The position numbers and the translations under genes were made by a program. A stretch of 64,000 nt of DNA, taken from Limisphaerales bacterium (lineage in GTDB: Bacteria > Verrucomicrobiota > Verrucomicrobiia > Limisphaerales > JBGAJN01). Of the stretch, positions 37,638 through 49,383 are shown one piece after another. Each line of letters begins with the position of its first letter. The stretch's first letter is position 1. The stretch is from positions 129,110-193,109 of the forward strand of contig JBGAJN010000001.1 in the NCBI GenBank assembly GCA_044224905.1. Direction: 5' to 3'. The notes beneath the pieces are model-generated. The model did not search any database, was not told where the DNA came from, and was given only the letters and a program-made list of their open reading frames with translations.

Positions 37638-40319
37638 GTGAAAGCTCAGTTTCGATTCGTAATCGTCGCACTGCTTGGCTTGGCAATCTTGCCCCGCACG
37701 TCCAGCGCCGGCGAATGGTTCGTCGCGACCAACGGAAGTGACACCAATCCCGGCACGAAGGAGAAACCCTTCGCTACGCTGGCCCGCGCACGTGATGAGG
37801 TGCGCACACACAAAGACTCTGGCGCTGCGACCCTTTGGGTTCGCGGTGGTCTCCACGCGATCACGCAGACGCTGAAGTTCGGTGCAGCTGACTCGGGCAC
37901 GGCGGCGGCGCCAATTGTTTATCGTGCCTACCCAAACGAGAAGGCCGTGCTCATCGGCGGTCGGCAGATTACCAGGTTCACTCCGTGGCGGGATTCCATT
38001 TTGAAGGCGGACGTCGCCGCGCAAGGCTTCAAGGGCATCGCGTTCAAGCAGCTCTTCTTCGACGGCAAACGTCAGATCCTCGCGCGCTATCCGAATTTCG
38101 ATGCGCGCAATCCTTACGGCGGCGGTTGGGCTTACGCGGATGGCAAACCGGTCCCGATGTATCAGGACATCGCGGGCGAAACGAAGAACACGCTCCGTTT
38201 CAAGCCGCAGGACGCGCGCGCTTGGGCACGGCCGCAGGAAGTCGAGGTGTTCGTGTTCCCGCGGTACAATTGGTGGAACAACATCGTACGCGTGAAATCC
38301 GTCGAGACGGATGCGCGCGTTGCCACATTGGCAGCGAATTGCTCCTATGCAATCCGTCCCGGCGACCGCTACTACTTCCAGAACGCGCTCGAGGAGCTCG
38401 ACGCGCCGGGCGAGTGGTATCTCGATGCGAAGGCGGGCACGCTCTATTTCTGGCCGCCGGAGCCGCTCGCGAACAAACCCGTTTACGCTGCGACCACGCG
38501 GACAATCCTCGAGCTCGATCACGCGGCGAACATCACCTTCCGCGGTTTCACCATCGAGTGCGCCGAGGCCACGGCGGTGACGTTGCGCGACTCGACGAAC
38601 TGCCTGATCGCCGGCTGCACGATTCGGAATGTGGGCGACTACAACGGCTCGGGCGCGAGCATCAGCGGAGGTGTGCGCAATGGCGTGAGCGGCTGCGACG
38701 TTTACGAGATCGGCAGCAGTGGCATCGGACTCAGTGGTGGTGATCGCAAGACGCTGACGGCGGCGGAGAATTTCGCGGACAACAATTACATCCATCACAT
38801 CGGCGTCTTCTACAAACACGGCGTCGGCGTTTCCCTCAATGGCGTCGGCAATCGCGCGTCGCACAATCTCATTCACGACTGCCCGCGCATGGGCATCCAG
38901 TTTTCCGGCAACAACCTCGTGCTCGAATACAATCACATCCGCCACGTGAACCTGGAGACGGAGGACACGGGCGCAGTTTACACCGGCGGGCGCGACTGGA
39001 TTTCGTCGCGCGGATCCGTTGTGCGTTACAACTATTTTCACGACATCCTCGGCTACGGAAAGGACGCGAAGGGCAACTGGACTTCGCCGCATTTCGCGTG
39101 GGGCGTTTACCTCGACGACAACACGGGCGGTGTGGACGTCATCGGCAACATCGTCGCTCGCTGCTCGCGCGCGGGGTTGCACCTGCACAATGGCCGCGAC
39201 AACTTTGTCGCGAACAACCTCTTCATCGAGGGCGGCCAGCAGCAGTTAGAATACAGCGGGTGGACGACGAAGCATCGCTACTGGACCAACCACATGGCGA
39301 CGATGCTGAAGGGTTTCGAATCCGTCGCTGATCAGCCCGCGTGGCAGACGATGCGCAACATGCGTCTGCATCCGACGAACGCGCCGTTGCCTGACGGCAC
39401 GATCATGGCGGGGAACGTCTTCACGCGAAACATCGTCGCGTGGACAAACGACGCCGCGAAGCTTGTGCGCTACAGCCGCGTTTCACCCGCGCACAATTTC
39501 ACCGACTCGAATCTCTACTGGCACGTGGGTCTACCGTTGAAGACCGGCGAACGCAGTGCCGGCCGCGAGATCGGCGACAATCTCGCGCCGAATCCCGGCT
39601 TCGAGGACGGCGTTGCTGGAAAACTGCCGACGGACTGGACGTGGCAGATTCACCCGAAGAATGCGGCGGCGTCCGTCGTCGATGGCGGCGCGAGCGGCAA
39701 GCACGCGTTCCGGATCGAGGCAGCGTTCGATGCGAGCAAACCCCGCGACAACTATCCCATCCTCGTCAGCAAGGACATCGCGCTCACGCCCGGCAAATCG
39801 TATCGCCTGCGCGCGAAGCTAAAAACGTCCGGCGGCGAAGCGAACGCCGCTTTGAAGGTTCAATCGTACAAGGCGAACGTCTATTTTTGGTCGAGCAATC
39901 CGAGTGACGTGAAGGTTGGACCGCAGTGGCAGGAGGCGGAGTTCAGTTTCAAGATTCCGGCGCCGGGCGAGAAAGGATTCCACGCTGAGATGAAAGCGTT
40001 TCGCGTGCGTCTGGATTGGCCGGCGAAGTCGGGAGCGCTACTTGCGGACGATGTGTCTTTGCGCGAAGTGGAGACGCTCGACGAATGGACTTCGTGGCGC
40101 GCCTTGGGCTACGACGCGCATTCGCTCGTCGCGGATCCGTTGTTCGAGAACTGGAGCAAGGACGACTACCGGCTGAAGCCGAACTCGCCGGCATTCAAAG
40201 TCGGCTTCGAGCGGATTCCCGTCGAGAAGATTGGTCCCTACGCGAGCGAGTTGCGCGCGACCTGGCCGATCATCGAGGCCGAGGGCGTGCGAGAAAAGCC
40301 GCTGATGGCGCGCCCGTGA
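37638..40319 (+). CDS. Secreted right-handed parallel beta-helix protein (GH141-like) with an inserted CBM4/9-like domain
   Basis: FVATNGSDTNPGT..PFATL, LDAPGEWY, DTGAVY, GVYLDD, NLAPNPGFE domain; GTG start inferred. Confidence 0.75.
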   Translation: MKAQFRFVIVALLGLAILPRTSSAGEWFVATNGSDTNPGTKEKPFATLARARDEVRTHKDSGAATLWVRGGLHAITQTLKFGAADSGTAAAPIVYRAYPNEKAVLIGGRQITRFTPWRDSILKADVAAQGFKGIAFKQLFFDGKRQILARYPNFDARNPYGGGWAYADGKPVPMYQDIAGETKNTLRFKPQDARAWARPQEVEVFVFPRYNWWNNIVRVKSVETDARVATLAANCSYAIRPGDRYYFQNALEELDAPGEWYLDAKAGTLYFWPPEPLANKPVYAATTRTILELDHAANITFRGFTIECAEATAVTLRDSTNCLIAGCTIRNVGDYNGSGASISGGVRNGVSGCDVYEIGSSGIGLSGGDRKTLTAAENFADNNYIHHIGVFYKHGVGVSLNGVGNRASHNLIHDCPRMGIQFSGNNLVLEYNHIRHVNLETEDTGAVYTGGRDWISSRGSVVRYNYFHDILGYGKDAKGNWTSPHFAWGVYLDDNTGGVDVIGNIVARCSRAGLHLHNGRDNFVANNLFIEGGQQQLEYSGWTTKHRYWTNHMATMLKGFESVADQPAWQTMRNMRLHPTNAPLPDGTIMAGNVFTRNIVAWTNDAAKLVRYSRVSPAHNFTDSNLYWHVGLPLKTGERSAGREIGDNLAPNPGFEDGVAGKLPTDWTWQIHPKNAAASVVDGGASGKHAFRIEAAFDASKPRDNYPILVSKDIALTPGKSYRLRAKLKTSGGEANAALKVQSYKANVYFWSSNPSDVKVGPQWQEAEFSFKIPAPGEKGFHAEMKAFRVRLDWPAKSGALLADDVSLREVETLDEWTSWRALGYDAHSLVADPLFENWSKDDYRLKPNSPAFKVGFERIPVEKIGPYASELRATWPIIEAEGVREKPLMARP

Positions 40320-40425
40320 AGGCAGTTGAACGAAATACCGGCTTGCCGCGTTTGCTTTTTCGCGCCTAAACTCCGCGCCTAGTTTTCACGGAAAACATTA
40401 TTACGCATCAATCGTTAAGCACTGC

Positions 40426-41694
<1,269 letters not shown>

Positions 41695-41712
41695 CGCTTA
41701 ACTGAATTCACG

Positions 41713-41748
41713 AAACGGCGGTTGGCGGAAACGTCAGCCGCCGTTTTT
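41713..41748 (+). terminator. Intrinsic terminator (possibly bidirectional)
   Basis: AAACGGCGGTTGGCG-GAAA-CGTCAGCCGCCGTTT-TT. Confidence 0.85.
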
Positions 41749-41780
41749 CTTTTCCACGACAGCCGGCCGACGTTGACCGT

Positions 41781-42320
41781 TCAGAGGTAATCGATGTGGA
41801 AATGATGCCGCTCGCACTTCAGGCAGCGGAATACGTAGAGCGTGGGGCTTGCATCGCGCTTGAGACTGTCGAGCAGACGAGTGGCGGCGCTGCCGGAGAT
41901 CTGCATGTTGTAAACGATGTGGCTCATGATCTCGCCTTCAAGTTCGTGACATTGCGCTCGGATTTCCGCGATGCCCGCGGGCATGAGAAACACCGTCGCG
42001 TCGTCACAACACGCGGGCCAGTGACCGCTTTGCCATGAGTTGTAGCCGGGCGTGCGTTCGCAGATTTCCTCCGCGGCTTTCTCGGGGACCTTGTCATCGA
42101 TGGCCTCGTAGTCCATGAACGTGGCGTCGAATTTCTTGTGCGCCTTGCCGTCGGCGATGCACCACGGGCAGAGGCAATCGTCGAGCTCCTCCTCGGAGTA
42201 AACCGGGCCGGTGTAGATAAAGCCGCGCTCCTTCTTGCAGCAACGGCACTTCTCGGTTGACTCAATCACGCTGCCACTGCGCAACGGGTCCGGATGATAA
42301 CGGAAGACAGGTAGGCTCAT
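41781..42320 (-). CDS. CbrC/UPF0167 family protein
   Basis: FRYHPDP, CRCC, LCPWCIADG, RTPGYNSWQ..HW..CC, YVFRC..C. Confidence 0.88.
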   Translation of the reverse strand: MSLPVFRYHPDPLRSGSVIESTEKCRCCKKERGFIYTGPVYSEEELDDCLCPWCIADGKAHKKFDATFMDYEAIDDKVPEKAAEEICERTPGYNSWQSGHWPACCDDATVFLMPAGIAEIRAQCHELEGEIMSHIVYNMQISGSAATRLLDSLKRDASPTLYVFRCLKCERHHFHIDYL

Positions 42321-42362
42321 GGCTTGGTGGTGAAATGGGTTCGGTTCAACGTGGTTATTCGT

Positions 42363-43145
42363 TCAGCAGATTAGCAAATGCGCCGGCTTGCCTGCGCTGT
42401 AGTCGGCCTTCCACCAATGTGGATCGCTGGGCTCGGTATAAGTGACGCCCGCAGGCAGCGGCGAGGGTTTTGTGCGGAATGGATGTCGCAGGCGCACGGA
42501 AACGCTTTCCTTGTCGGGCCAGCCGTAGCCGGTTTCCGCGATTTCGTTGCCGGCGGCGAGTTCCGCTTCGAGAATTGTCCGGAGCGCCGGATACAACGCG
42601 GCGAGCGCGGGAGCGTTGCGGAATTCATTCCAACGCGGGCGCGTGATTTCATACACGGCCTGCTTTTCCTCCGGACGTTTCAGCAACGGGTCGTGATGCG
42701 TCTCGATGCGCAGCAGTTGAAACCCGCATTTTTCCAACACGCGGCGAGAAGCGGCGTTGGATTCCAACGCGCTCGAGCCGATCCGTTCGAGGCGGAGATT
42801 GTTGAAGGCAAACTCGAGCGTAAGTTTCACCCCGAACGTCGCGACGCCTTTGCCCCAATGCTTGCGCCCGACCCAGTAACCAATTTCGCGCGCGGCATCG
42901 CCTTCGATCCCGTGAAGGCCGCATGCGCCAACGACTTCTTTACGATCCTTGATCACGAAAACATACGCAGTGCCCTCGGAGCGTTCCTTGAGTTGTCGGG
43001 CGACGAATTCACGGGCTCCGTTTTCCGGATACGGATGCGGGATGCGCGTCGTCGCGGCAATGGTGGGATCGGAAACGAGGCGCTGGATCGCGTCTGCGTC
43101 CTCCGGTGTCACCAGGTAAAGGCCGAGCGTCTTGGTCGTGCTCAC
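42363..43145 (-). CDS. RimJ/RimL-type GNAT acetyltransferase with an extra C-terminal domain
   Basis: IPHPYP, EIGYW, WGKGVAT, NAASRRVLEKCGF; about 80-aa tail; GTG start inferred. Confidence 0.8.
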   Translation of the reverse strand: MSTTKTLGLYLVTPEDADAIQRLVSDPTIAATTRIPHPYPENGAREFVARQLKERSEGTAYVFVIKDRKEVVGACGLHGIEGDAAREIGYWVGRKHWGKGVATFGVKLTLEFAFNNLRLERIGSSALESNAASRRVLEKCGFQLLRIETHHDPLLKRPEEKQAVYEITRPRWNEFRNAPALAALYPALRTILEAELAAGNEIAETGYGWPDKESVSVRLRHPFRTKPSPLPAGVTYTEPSDPHWWKADYSAGKPAHLLIC

Positions 43146-43248
43146 AAACAAATTTATAAATCGCCCGCGCTCCACCGCAACCACCGAACGGCACGGAACC
43201 TTACGGCGCGGTTTGCCAGTCCGCCGCCAATCGTGGAACATGGCGCGC

Positions 43249-44070
43249 ATGGCGCTATTGAAGCTATCGGACGTTGAACTCCACTACGAACTGGCGGGAA
43301 GCGGTCCGCCGGTGCTCTTGATTCAAGGTGTCGGTGCGAGCGGAGAGGCATGGCGTCCGCAGGTGAATGCACTCGCGCAGAACTTTCAGACCCTCATCTT
43401 CGACAATCGGGGAATCGGACGGAGTATTCCGTGCCGTGGTCCGATCCGCATTGAAGCGATGGCGGCCGACGCGCGGGCGCTGATGGATGAGGCGGGTTGG
43501 GACTCCGCGCACGTGATTGGGCATTCGATGGGTGGCGTCATCGCCCAACAACTCGCGCTCGATGCGCCAAAGCGTGTGCGCAGCCTTTCATTACTCTGCA
43601 CATTCGCCCGGGGCAAAGACGGCGCGCGCCTGACGCCGTGGGTGCTGTGGATGACTTTGCGAACACGCATTGGCTCCCGACCTCAGCGGCGGCGCGCTTT
43701 CCTTGAAATGCTGTTTCCGAAAACTGAACTCGCACATTCAAACCTCGACGACCTGGCCGCGCGGGTGGCAAAGCTGGTTGGTCGTGACCTCGCCGATTCC
43801 CCTTCGATTCTGATGAAACAGGTTCAAGCGCTGGCGCGTCATGATGAGTCAGGTCGACTGCGTGAGCTCGCTGGAATTCCCACCCTCGTCATCAGCGCCG
43901 AGCACGATCCCATCGCAGTACCGCGCTACGGGCGCCGGATCGCGGAGTTGATTCCCGGCGCGACGTATGAGGAAGTCGGCGGCGCGGCGCATGGCGTGAC
44001 GATTCAAATGCCGGAACGGATCAATGGGCGACTGGGCGCGTTTTTCCGCGCTAACGAAGGCCGAGTGTAG
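43249..44070 (+). CDS. Alpha/beta hydrolase
   Basis: FDNRGIGRS, GHSMGG nucleophile elbow, PTLVI..EHD, AAH. Confidence 0.88.
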   Translation: MALLKLSDVELHYELAGSGPPVLLIQGVGASGEAWRPQVNALAQNFQTLIFDNRGIGRSIPCRGPIRIEAMAADARALMDEAGWDSAHVIGHSMGGVIAQQLALDAPKRVRSLSLLCTFARGKDGARLTPWVLWMTLRTRIGSRPQRRRAFLEMLFPKTELAHSNLDDLAARVAKLVGRDLADSPSILMKQVQALARHDESGRLRELAGIPTLVISAEHDPIAVPRYGRRIAELIPGATYEEVGGAAHGVTIQMPERINGRLGAFFRANEGRV

Positions 44071-44133
44071 AAGACTCGCAGCGAAGTCTTCGCGCCGTTG
44101 ACCTCGCGGGCACCAGACAGGTAGCTTGCGGGT

Positions 44134-44880
44134 ATGTTACACCGTTCCCTCAGTCTCATCGCTCTCGTCCTCATCGCTTGTGTCAGTTGCACGTCAGTCG
44201 CCGAAACCAAGAAGCCGCTACGCGCGCTGCTCATCACCGGTGGGTGCTGTCATAACTACGAGTTCCAGGCTGAGTCGATAAAAGCTGCCGTAGCCAAGGT
44301 CGCGCCAGTCGAGTGGACCGTGGTGAACGAAGGCGGGAAAGGGACCGAGGCGATGATCCCACTTTACGACAAGCCGGACTGGGCGAAGGGCTACGACGTC
44401 GTGGTGCACAACGAATGTTTCGCGAACACGACCAATCAAACCTACATCCGCAAGATCACGTCGGCGCACAAGGCGGGCGTTCCGGGCGTGGTGATTCATT
44501 GCGCGATGCACACGTATCGCGCGACGCACATCAATGATTGGCGCGAATTCCTCGGAGTAACGAGCCGTCGGCACGATCACCAAAGCAACTACGCCGTGAA
44601 AGTCGTCGAACCGAAGCATCCCATCGTGAAGGGAATGCCGGCGAATTGGGTCACGCCCAAGGATGAGCTCTACGTGATTGAAAAGCTGTGGCCCAACGCG
44701 AAGGCGCTCGCCACTTCGAAGAGCGAGAAGGATGGCAACGATTATCCCGTCATTTGGACGAACCTATACGGCAAGGCGCGCGTCTTCGGCACGACCTACG
44801 GGCATTCGGACGACACCTTCCGCGATCCGGTGTTCCTCGATTATTTGAGCCGCGGCATTCTCTGGGCGGCGGGAAAATAG
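44134..44880 (+). CDS. ThuA-like domain protein (exported)
   Basis: ALLITGGCCH, IHCAMH, DELY, RVFGTTYGH, GILWA. Confidence 0.85.
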   Translation: MLHRSLSLIALVLIACVSCTSVAETKKPLRALLITGGCCHNYEFQAESIKAAVAKVAPVEWTVVNEGGKGTEAMIPLYDKPDWAKGYDVVVHNECFANTTNQTYIRKITSAHKAGVPGVVIHCAMHTYRATHINDWREFLGVTSRRHDHQSNYAVKVVEPKHPIVKGMPANWVTPKDELYVIEKLWPNAKALATSKSEKDGNDYPVIWTNLYGKARVFGTTYGHSDDTFRDPVFLDYLSRGILWAAGK

Positions 44881-45060
44881 AATCAAATTCGCGCGACGAG
44901 TTCCCGCGAGTTAAAGCGTTGTTCCTTGCGGGCACGACTCTCAGCGGCCGCTTGCCGTGACCTCGCGGAAAAATGATTCCTCATTTTATTTCTCGCGCCG
45001 GTTGGGAGACAGGCACATGTTTCGGAAAGAGTTCAGTTAAACCAATTCTTTAGGACATTT

Positions 45061-46698
45061 ATGCAAGAGAGCGCCATCCATCCGATCATCTACGTTCGTG
45101 GCTACGCCATGACACAAACTGAAATCGAAGACACCGTGGCCGATCCGTACATGGGCTTCAACATCGGCTCGTGCAAGGTGCGGCAACTTTGGGACGGCAC
45201 AGTTAAGAAATATTACTTCGAATCACCGCTCGTTCGCCTGCTCAAGCAATACGGCTACGACGACGTTTACGAAGACGGCGCCGACCGTGTCGCCGAACCA
45301 CCGCCGGCTGATCCCACGGTCGCGGGTTCCGCGGTGCCGTATCGCAGCATCGTGATCTACCGTTACTACGAGCCATCGTCGGAGGATTTGGGCACGGGAC
45401 AAAAGCCGGACATGAAACGGTTCGCGACCGGTTTGGGCAAATTGATCCTCGATCTTCGCGAGCGGATTTATCCCGACGGCGCCAAGACCGTCATTACGCC
45501 GGAAGAGAAGGCGCTCGGCAAATTGCCGTATGAGCAGTTTCGCGTGTACCTCGTCGCGCACTCGATGGGCGGTCTAGTGTGCCGTGCGTTTCTGCAGAAT
45601 CCCGCATTCGGCGAGGCGAAATCCCGCGCGCTGGTGGACAAGGTCTTCACCTACGCGACGCCGCACAACGGAATTGAAGTCGGCGTTCTCGGCAACGTAC
45701 CCGCATGGTTCTCGCTCTACGGAATGAACACGTTTAATCGCGATGAGATCGCCAAGTTGCTCGGTCTCACCAAGCAACAACGCGACGGCGACAACGTGGA
45801 CATCGTGACCAACTTCGACGCCGACCGGATCTTCAATCTCGTGGGCACCAATCCAGGCGATTACAAGACCGCTGGAGGCCTCTCCAGCTTCGCAGTCGGC
45901 GAAGCCAGCGACGGACTCGTGCGGATCAAGAACGCGACCACCCGGGGGCGCGTGGGCAAAACGTTCGTGCAGTCGCCACAAGCGTTCGTAAACCGGAGTC
46001 ATTCCGGATTTTTCGGCATCGTGAACAGCGAGGAAGGTTATCAGAACCTTACGCGGTTCCTTTTTGGCGACGTCCGCGCGGATGGTTATCTGGAAATTGA
46101 CGAGCTCACCTTGCCGCCTGCGGTGCAGAAGGAATACGATGCCGGCAAACAAGTCCGCGCCTCCTATTTGTTCGAGGTGGCGGTCAGTATTCGCGGCAAG
46201 ACGTGGCAACTGCACCGCCGCACCGCGAACGAAAACAGCGCCATCTTCCGCAAATTCGACGAGCTGTTCCCGAAGTGGGACTCCAAAAAGAAAGTCTGGG
46301 TGCCTGATCCCGACGCAGGTCCGATGCTGTTCAATGCATTCCTGGACATGGGGCAGAGTCAGACCGGCAAGACGCTGGCATTTGCTGCCGACATTTGCGT
46401 GCGTGTGCCAGAGTACGAAGTCGACGGCATCCTGTTTTTCAAAAATCACTTCGAAGGCGGCTACCTTTATCGCGACATGGTCATGCTGGAAGCGACGCCG
46501 CCCGCCACCGAAAAAGGACCGTGGAAGGTCGTATATCAATTCGCCAGCAATCAGGCGCAAGCGCCCCAAGCTGCAGAAATCGTCGCCAAGGACGGCACGT
46601 TGCTCACATTCGAGGTTCCGATCGAGCAACCGAACGCGCCCGGAATCAAAGCGCGATTGCGGATCGAAACGCGCTTTTGGAACACTCCGTCGGCTTAG
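45061..46698 (+). CDS. Lipase-like alpha/beta hydrolase with a C-terminal beta-rich domain
   Basis: PIIYVRG, LVAHSMGGL, TYATPHNG, SDGLV, SHSG. Confidence 0.7.
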   Translation: MQESAIHPIIYVRGYAMTQTEIEDTVADPYMGFNIGSCKVRQLWDGTVKKYYFESPLVRLLKQYGYDDVYEDGADRVAEPPPADPTVAGSAVPYRSIVIYRYYEPSSEDLGTGQKPDMKRFATGLGKLILDLRERIYPDGAKTVITPEEKALGKLPYEQFRVYLVAHSMGGLVCRAFLQNPAFGEAKSRALVDKVFTYATPHNGIEVGVLGNVPAWFSLYGMNTFNRDEIAKLLGLTKQQRDGDNVDIVTNFDADRIFNLVGTNPGDYKTAGGLSSFAVGEASDGLVRIKNATTRGRVGKTFVQSPQAFVNRSHSGFFGIVNSEEGYQNLTRFLFGDVRADGYLEIDELTLPPAVQKEYDAGKQVRASYLFEVAVSIRGKTWQLHRRTANENSAIFRKFDELFPKWDSKKKVWVPDPDAGPMLFNAFLDMGQSQTGKTLAFAADICVRVPEYEVDGILFFKNHFEGGYLYRDMVMLEATPPATEKGPWKVVYQFASNQAQAPQAAEIVAKDGTLLTFEVPIEQPNAPGIKARLRIETRFWNTPSA

Positions 46699-46800
46699 TG
46701 CTGGCGAAGGAAATCAATCTTGCGACCGTTTTCGTTACGGTCGCAAAATTTTCCAGAATCAATTCGCCATTTCCGGAGAACGTTGCAAGATGGCTGACTG

Positions 46801-47412
46801 ATGCAGTCGCCTGATTCTATTGAAAATGTAAATGAAACCGCACCGACGGCGCCCAGCCGGTCGGTGATTACTGATCCTGATTTTTCCAATTCACCCAAAC
46901 CGATCGCCGAGTTCGCCGGCCGGCCGGATTTTCCCAAGTGCGTGCTCGGGGAACACGTTGATATCGGCGGCGTCGGTGGTGTGGTGGTGGAAATCGTCAA
47001 GCAGTCCATCAAGGTGCAGTCGCCTGATGGCAGCATACAAAGCTTCAACTTCAACCGCCTCCGTACGATCTACGGTCCGCGGCCTGAGCCCGTGGAGATT
47101 CCCCAGCCTGTTGAACCCGCCGCGCCAGCGCCGCGTCCGGTTTTTCAAAAACGCCCGGCACCCGAACCGGCTCCGGCACCGAAGCGCGAGTTCATCGAGA
47201 ACCCGGATTTCACTAAGCCTGTGCAATCCATCACAGAACTTGCGGGTCTGCCGAATTTCCCGAAGTGCGCCTATGGCGCGCATGTGGATATCGCCGGCTA
47301 CGTCGGCGTGATCGTGGAACTGGTTAAGGATTCCGTGAAGGTGCAATCGCAGGACGGAATCATCCGCAGCTATAACGGACCCACGTTGCGCAAAATCTAC
47401 GGCAAGGCTTGA
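46801..47412 (+). CDS. Hypothetical protein with two ~70-aa repeats joined by a Pro-rich linker
   Basis: Both repeats follow PDF...FPKC..G.HVDI.G..GV.VE.VK.S.KVQS.DG...S.N...LR.IYG. Confidence 0.8.
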   Translation: MQSPDSIENVNETAPTAPSRSVITDPDFSNSPKPIAEFAGRPDFPKCVLGEHVDIGGVGGVVVEIVKQSIKVQSPDGSIQSFNFNRLRTIYGPRPEPVEIPQPVEPAAPAPRPVFQKRPAPEPAPAPKREFIENPDFTKPVQSITELAGLPNFPKCAYGAHVDIAGYVGVIVELVKDSVKVQSQDGIIRSYNGPTLRKIYGKA

Positions 47413-47452
47413 GCCTCGTTCGCGGCGACGGTATGGGTGACGTTGATCTCCG

Positions 47453-48274
47453 ATGAATGACTTCACCGACCATCCGATCAATCGCCGCGAGTCGTTGCAA
47501 CTCGGCGCGTTGCTGTCGCTCGGCCTCTGGCCGGGGCGATTGCGCGCGGCGGACAACGGTCGCGGCGAAAAGTTTTCCTTCGTCGCGATCAATGACGCGC
47601 ATTACCAAAGCCCGCGGTGCGGTGAATGGTTTGTCCACGTCACCGCCAGCATCCGCGCGCTCCCGACGAAGCCCGAGTTCTGTCTCATGGTGGGTGATCT
47701 CGCCGAACACGGAACCAAGTCCGAGCTCGGCGCGATGCGTGACGTGTTGCGTGGTTTGCAGATGCCGTTTCACGCGGTGATCGGCAATCACGATTACACC
47801 GGTCGGAGTGATCGCTCCAATTGGGACGCTCTCCTGCCCGGGAGTTTGAACTACCACTTCGAACACCGCGGCTGGCGTTTCATCGGACTCGACACGAGCG
47901 AGGGCGCGAATTCCAAGAACACGCGCGTGCAATCCCCCACGTTGCGCTGGCTCGATGACACGTTGCCGAAACTGGATCGCGCCACGCCCACTGCTGTGTT
48001 TACGCATTTCCCGCTTGGCGGCTTCGTGCCGATGCGCCCGCTCAATGCGGACGAGTTGCTCCGGCGTTTCAAGGAATTCAACCTCACCGCCGTGTTCAAC
48101 GGCCACTATCACGGCCTCACGGAGCGGACTTACGCACATGCCACGGTGACCACGAACCGTTGCTGCGCGATCAGTCGGAGCAACCACGACGGATCGAAGG
48201 AAAAGGGCTACTTCCTCTGCACGGCGAACGAAGGACAAATAGTCCGCGAGTTCATCGAAGTGAAGATGGCGTGA
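47453..48274 (+). CDS. Tat-exported metallophosphoesterase
   Basis: INRRESL signal; NDAH, VGDL, GNHD, THFP, GHYH. Confidence 0.88.
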   Translation: MNDFTDHPINRRESLQLGALLSLGLWPGRLRAADNGRGEKFSFVAINDAHYQSPRCGEWFVHVTASIRALPTKPEFCLMVGDLAEHGTKSELGAMRDVLRGLQMPFHAVIGNHDYTGRSDRSNWDALLPGSLNYHFEHRGWRFIGLDTSEGANSKNTRVQSPTLRWLDDTLPKLDRATPTAVFTHFPLGGFVPMRPLNADELLRRFKEFNLTAVFNGHYHGLTERTYAHATVTTNRCCAISRSNHDGSKEKGYFLCTANEGQIVREFIEVKMA

Positions 48275-48293
48275 TCGCCAACATTCGCAGACG

Positions 48294-49259
48294 TCAGCTT
48301 TTCACCACCACCGTCTGCCCGACTTCGCGCAGTCCGATTCGCTCCGGCTCTTTGGCCAGTGCGCCGGCGAAGCGTTCGATTGGCTCAAGAAAGCTTTCGT
48401 TGCTGAGCTTGAAACACTGGTGGTGGATCGGAACGACGATTCGCGCGTTCGCCGCGTTGGCCATCTCCACAGCCTGCTCGGGCGTGCAGTGATAGTGAAT
48501 CCAAGGATCATACGCACCGATCGGCATGATCGCGGCAGCGAATGGACCCTGCGCGCGATAGCCGGCGAACAACGACGTGTGCGCCGTGTCCCCGCCGAAC
48601 AACAACTTGCGCCCCTCGCGCTCGATGACGTAGCCGTTGTAGCCGCGTTGCGTATCACTGCGAACACGCGCGCCCCAATGCTTCACTTCCAGTCCGCGAA
48701 GGAGCACTTCGCCGCGTCGAGTGTTGATCTTCGCGGTTTCGCCCCAGCGCAGTTCCGACACGGACGAATAAGCGCGACGCGGCAGCAGGTCGGAAGTTTC
48801 GCGGGCCATCACCGCCACGGGTTTGCCACGAACGGCGGCGAGCGACGGAATATCCAAGTGATCAAAGTGCGCGTGCGAGACGATCACGAGATCGATCTCG
48901 GGAAGTTGCGCGGGTGTTAGTGCGCAAGCAACGAGGCGTTGCGGCCCCAGCGTGCCCACCAACATGTCCACGCCGACGCGGGGAAAGAAGGTCGGATCGG
49001 TCAGAATGCGGACGCCGTAGAAATTGATCAGCACGCTCGCGTGTCCAAGCCACGCTATCGTAATCGCGTTGTCCGACCACTGCGCGGGCGTTGGTTGAAG
49101 CGGCGCGCGCGGGACCTCTCGACCAATCTCCGCGATGCGCCCACGCAGAAAACGCGCCGGCCACGAAGAGGAAGTCGCCGTCCAAAGCCCGCCCACTCCC
49201 ACCACCGCAGAGGAGGCGAGAAACGACCGGCGATTGAACCAGCGGCGTGTTGGCTTCAC
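48294..49259 (-). CDS. Tat-exported MBL-fold hydrolase (NAPE-PLD/RomA-like)
   Basis: NRRSFL, WLGHAS, SHAHFDHLD, GGDT, PIGAY, PIH. Confidence 0.88.
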   Translation of the reverse strand: MKPTRRWFNRRSFLASSAVVGVGGLWTATSSSWPARFLRGRIAEIGREVPRAPLQPTPAQWSDNAITIAWLGHASVLINFYGVRILTDPTFFPRVGVDMLVGTLGPQRLVACALTPAQLPEIDLVIVSHAHFDHLDIPSLAAVRGKPVAVMARETSDLLPRRAYSSVSELRWGETAKINTRRGEVLLRGLEVKHWGARVRSDTQRGYNGYVIEREGRKLLFGGDTAHTSLFAGYRAQGPFAAAIMPIGAYDPWIHYHCTPEQAVEMANAANARIVVPIHHQCFKLSNESFLEPIERFAGALAKEPERIGLREVGQTVVVKS

Positions 49260-49383
49260 AGGGGGTTAGTTAAGCCAGAATCGGCCTTCGCGCAATGTGT
49301 CTTGGCGTGGTTTTCCGAGGACACGGTTTCGGAAATTGCATCGACAACCCAAGCGAACGAAGCTAGCTTCGTCAAAACAATCT

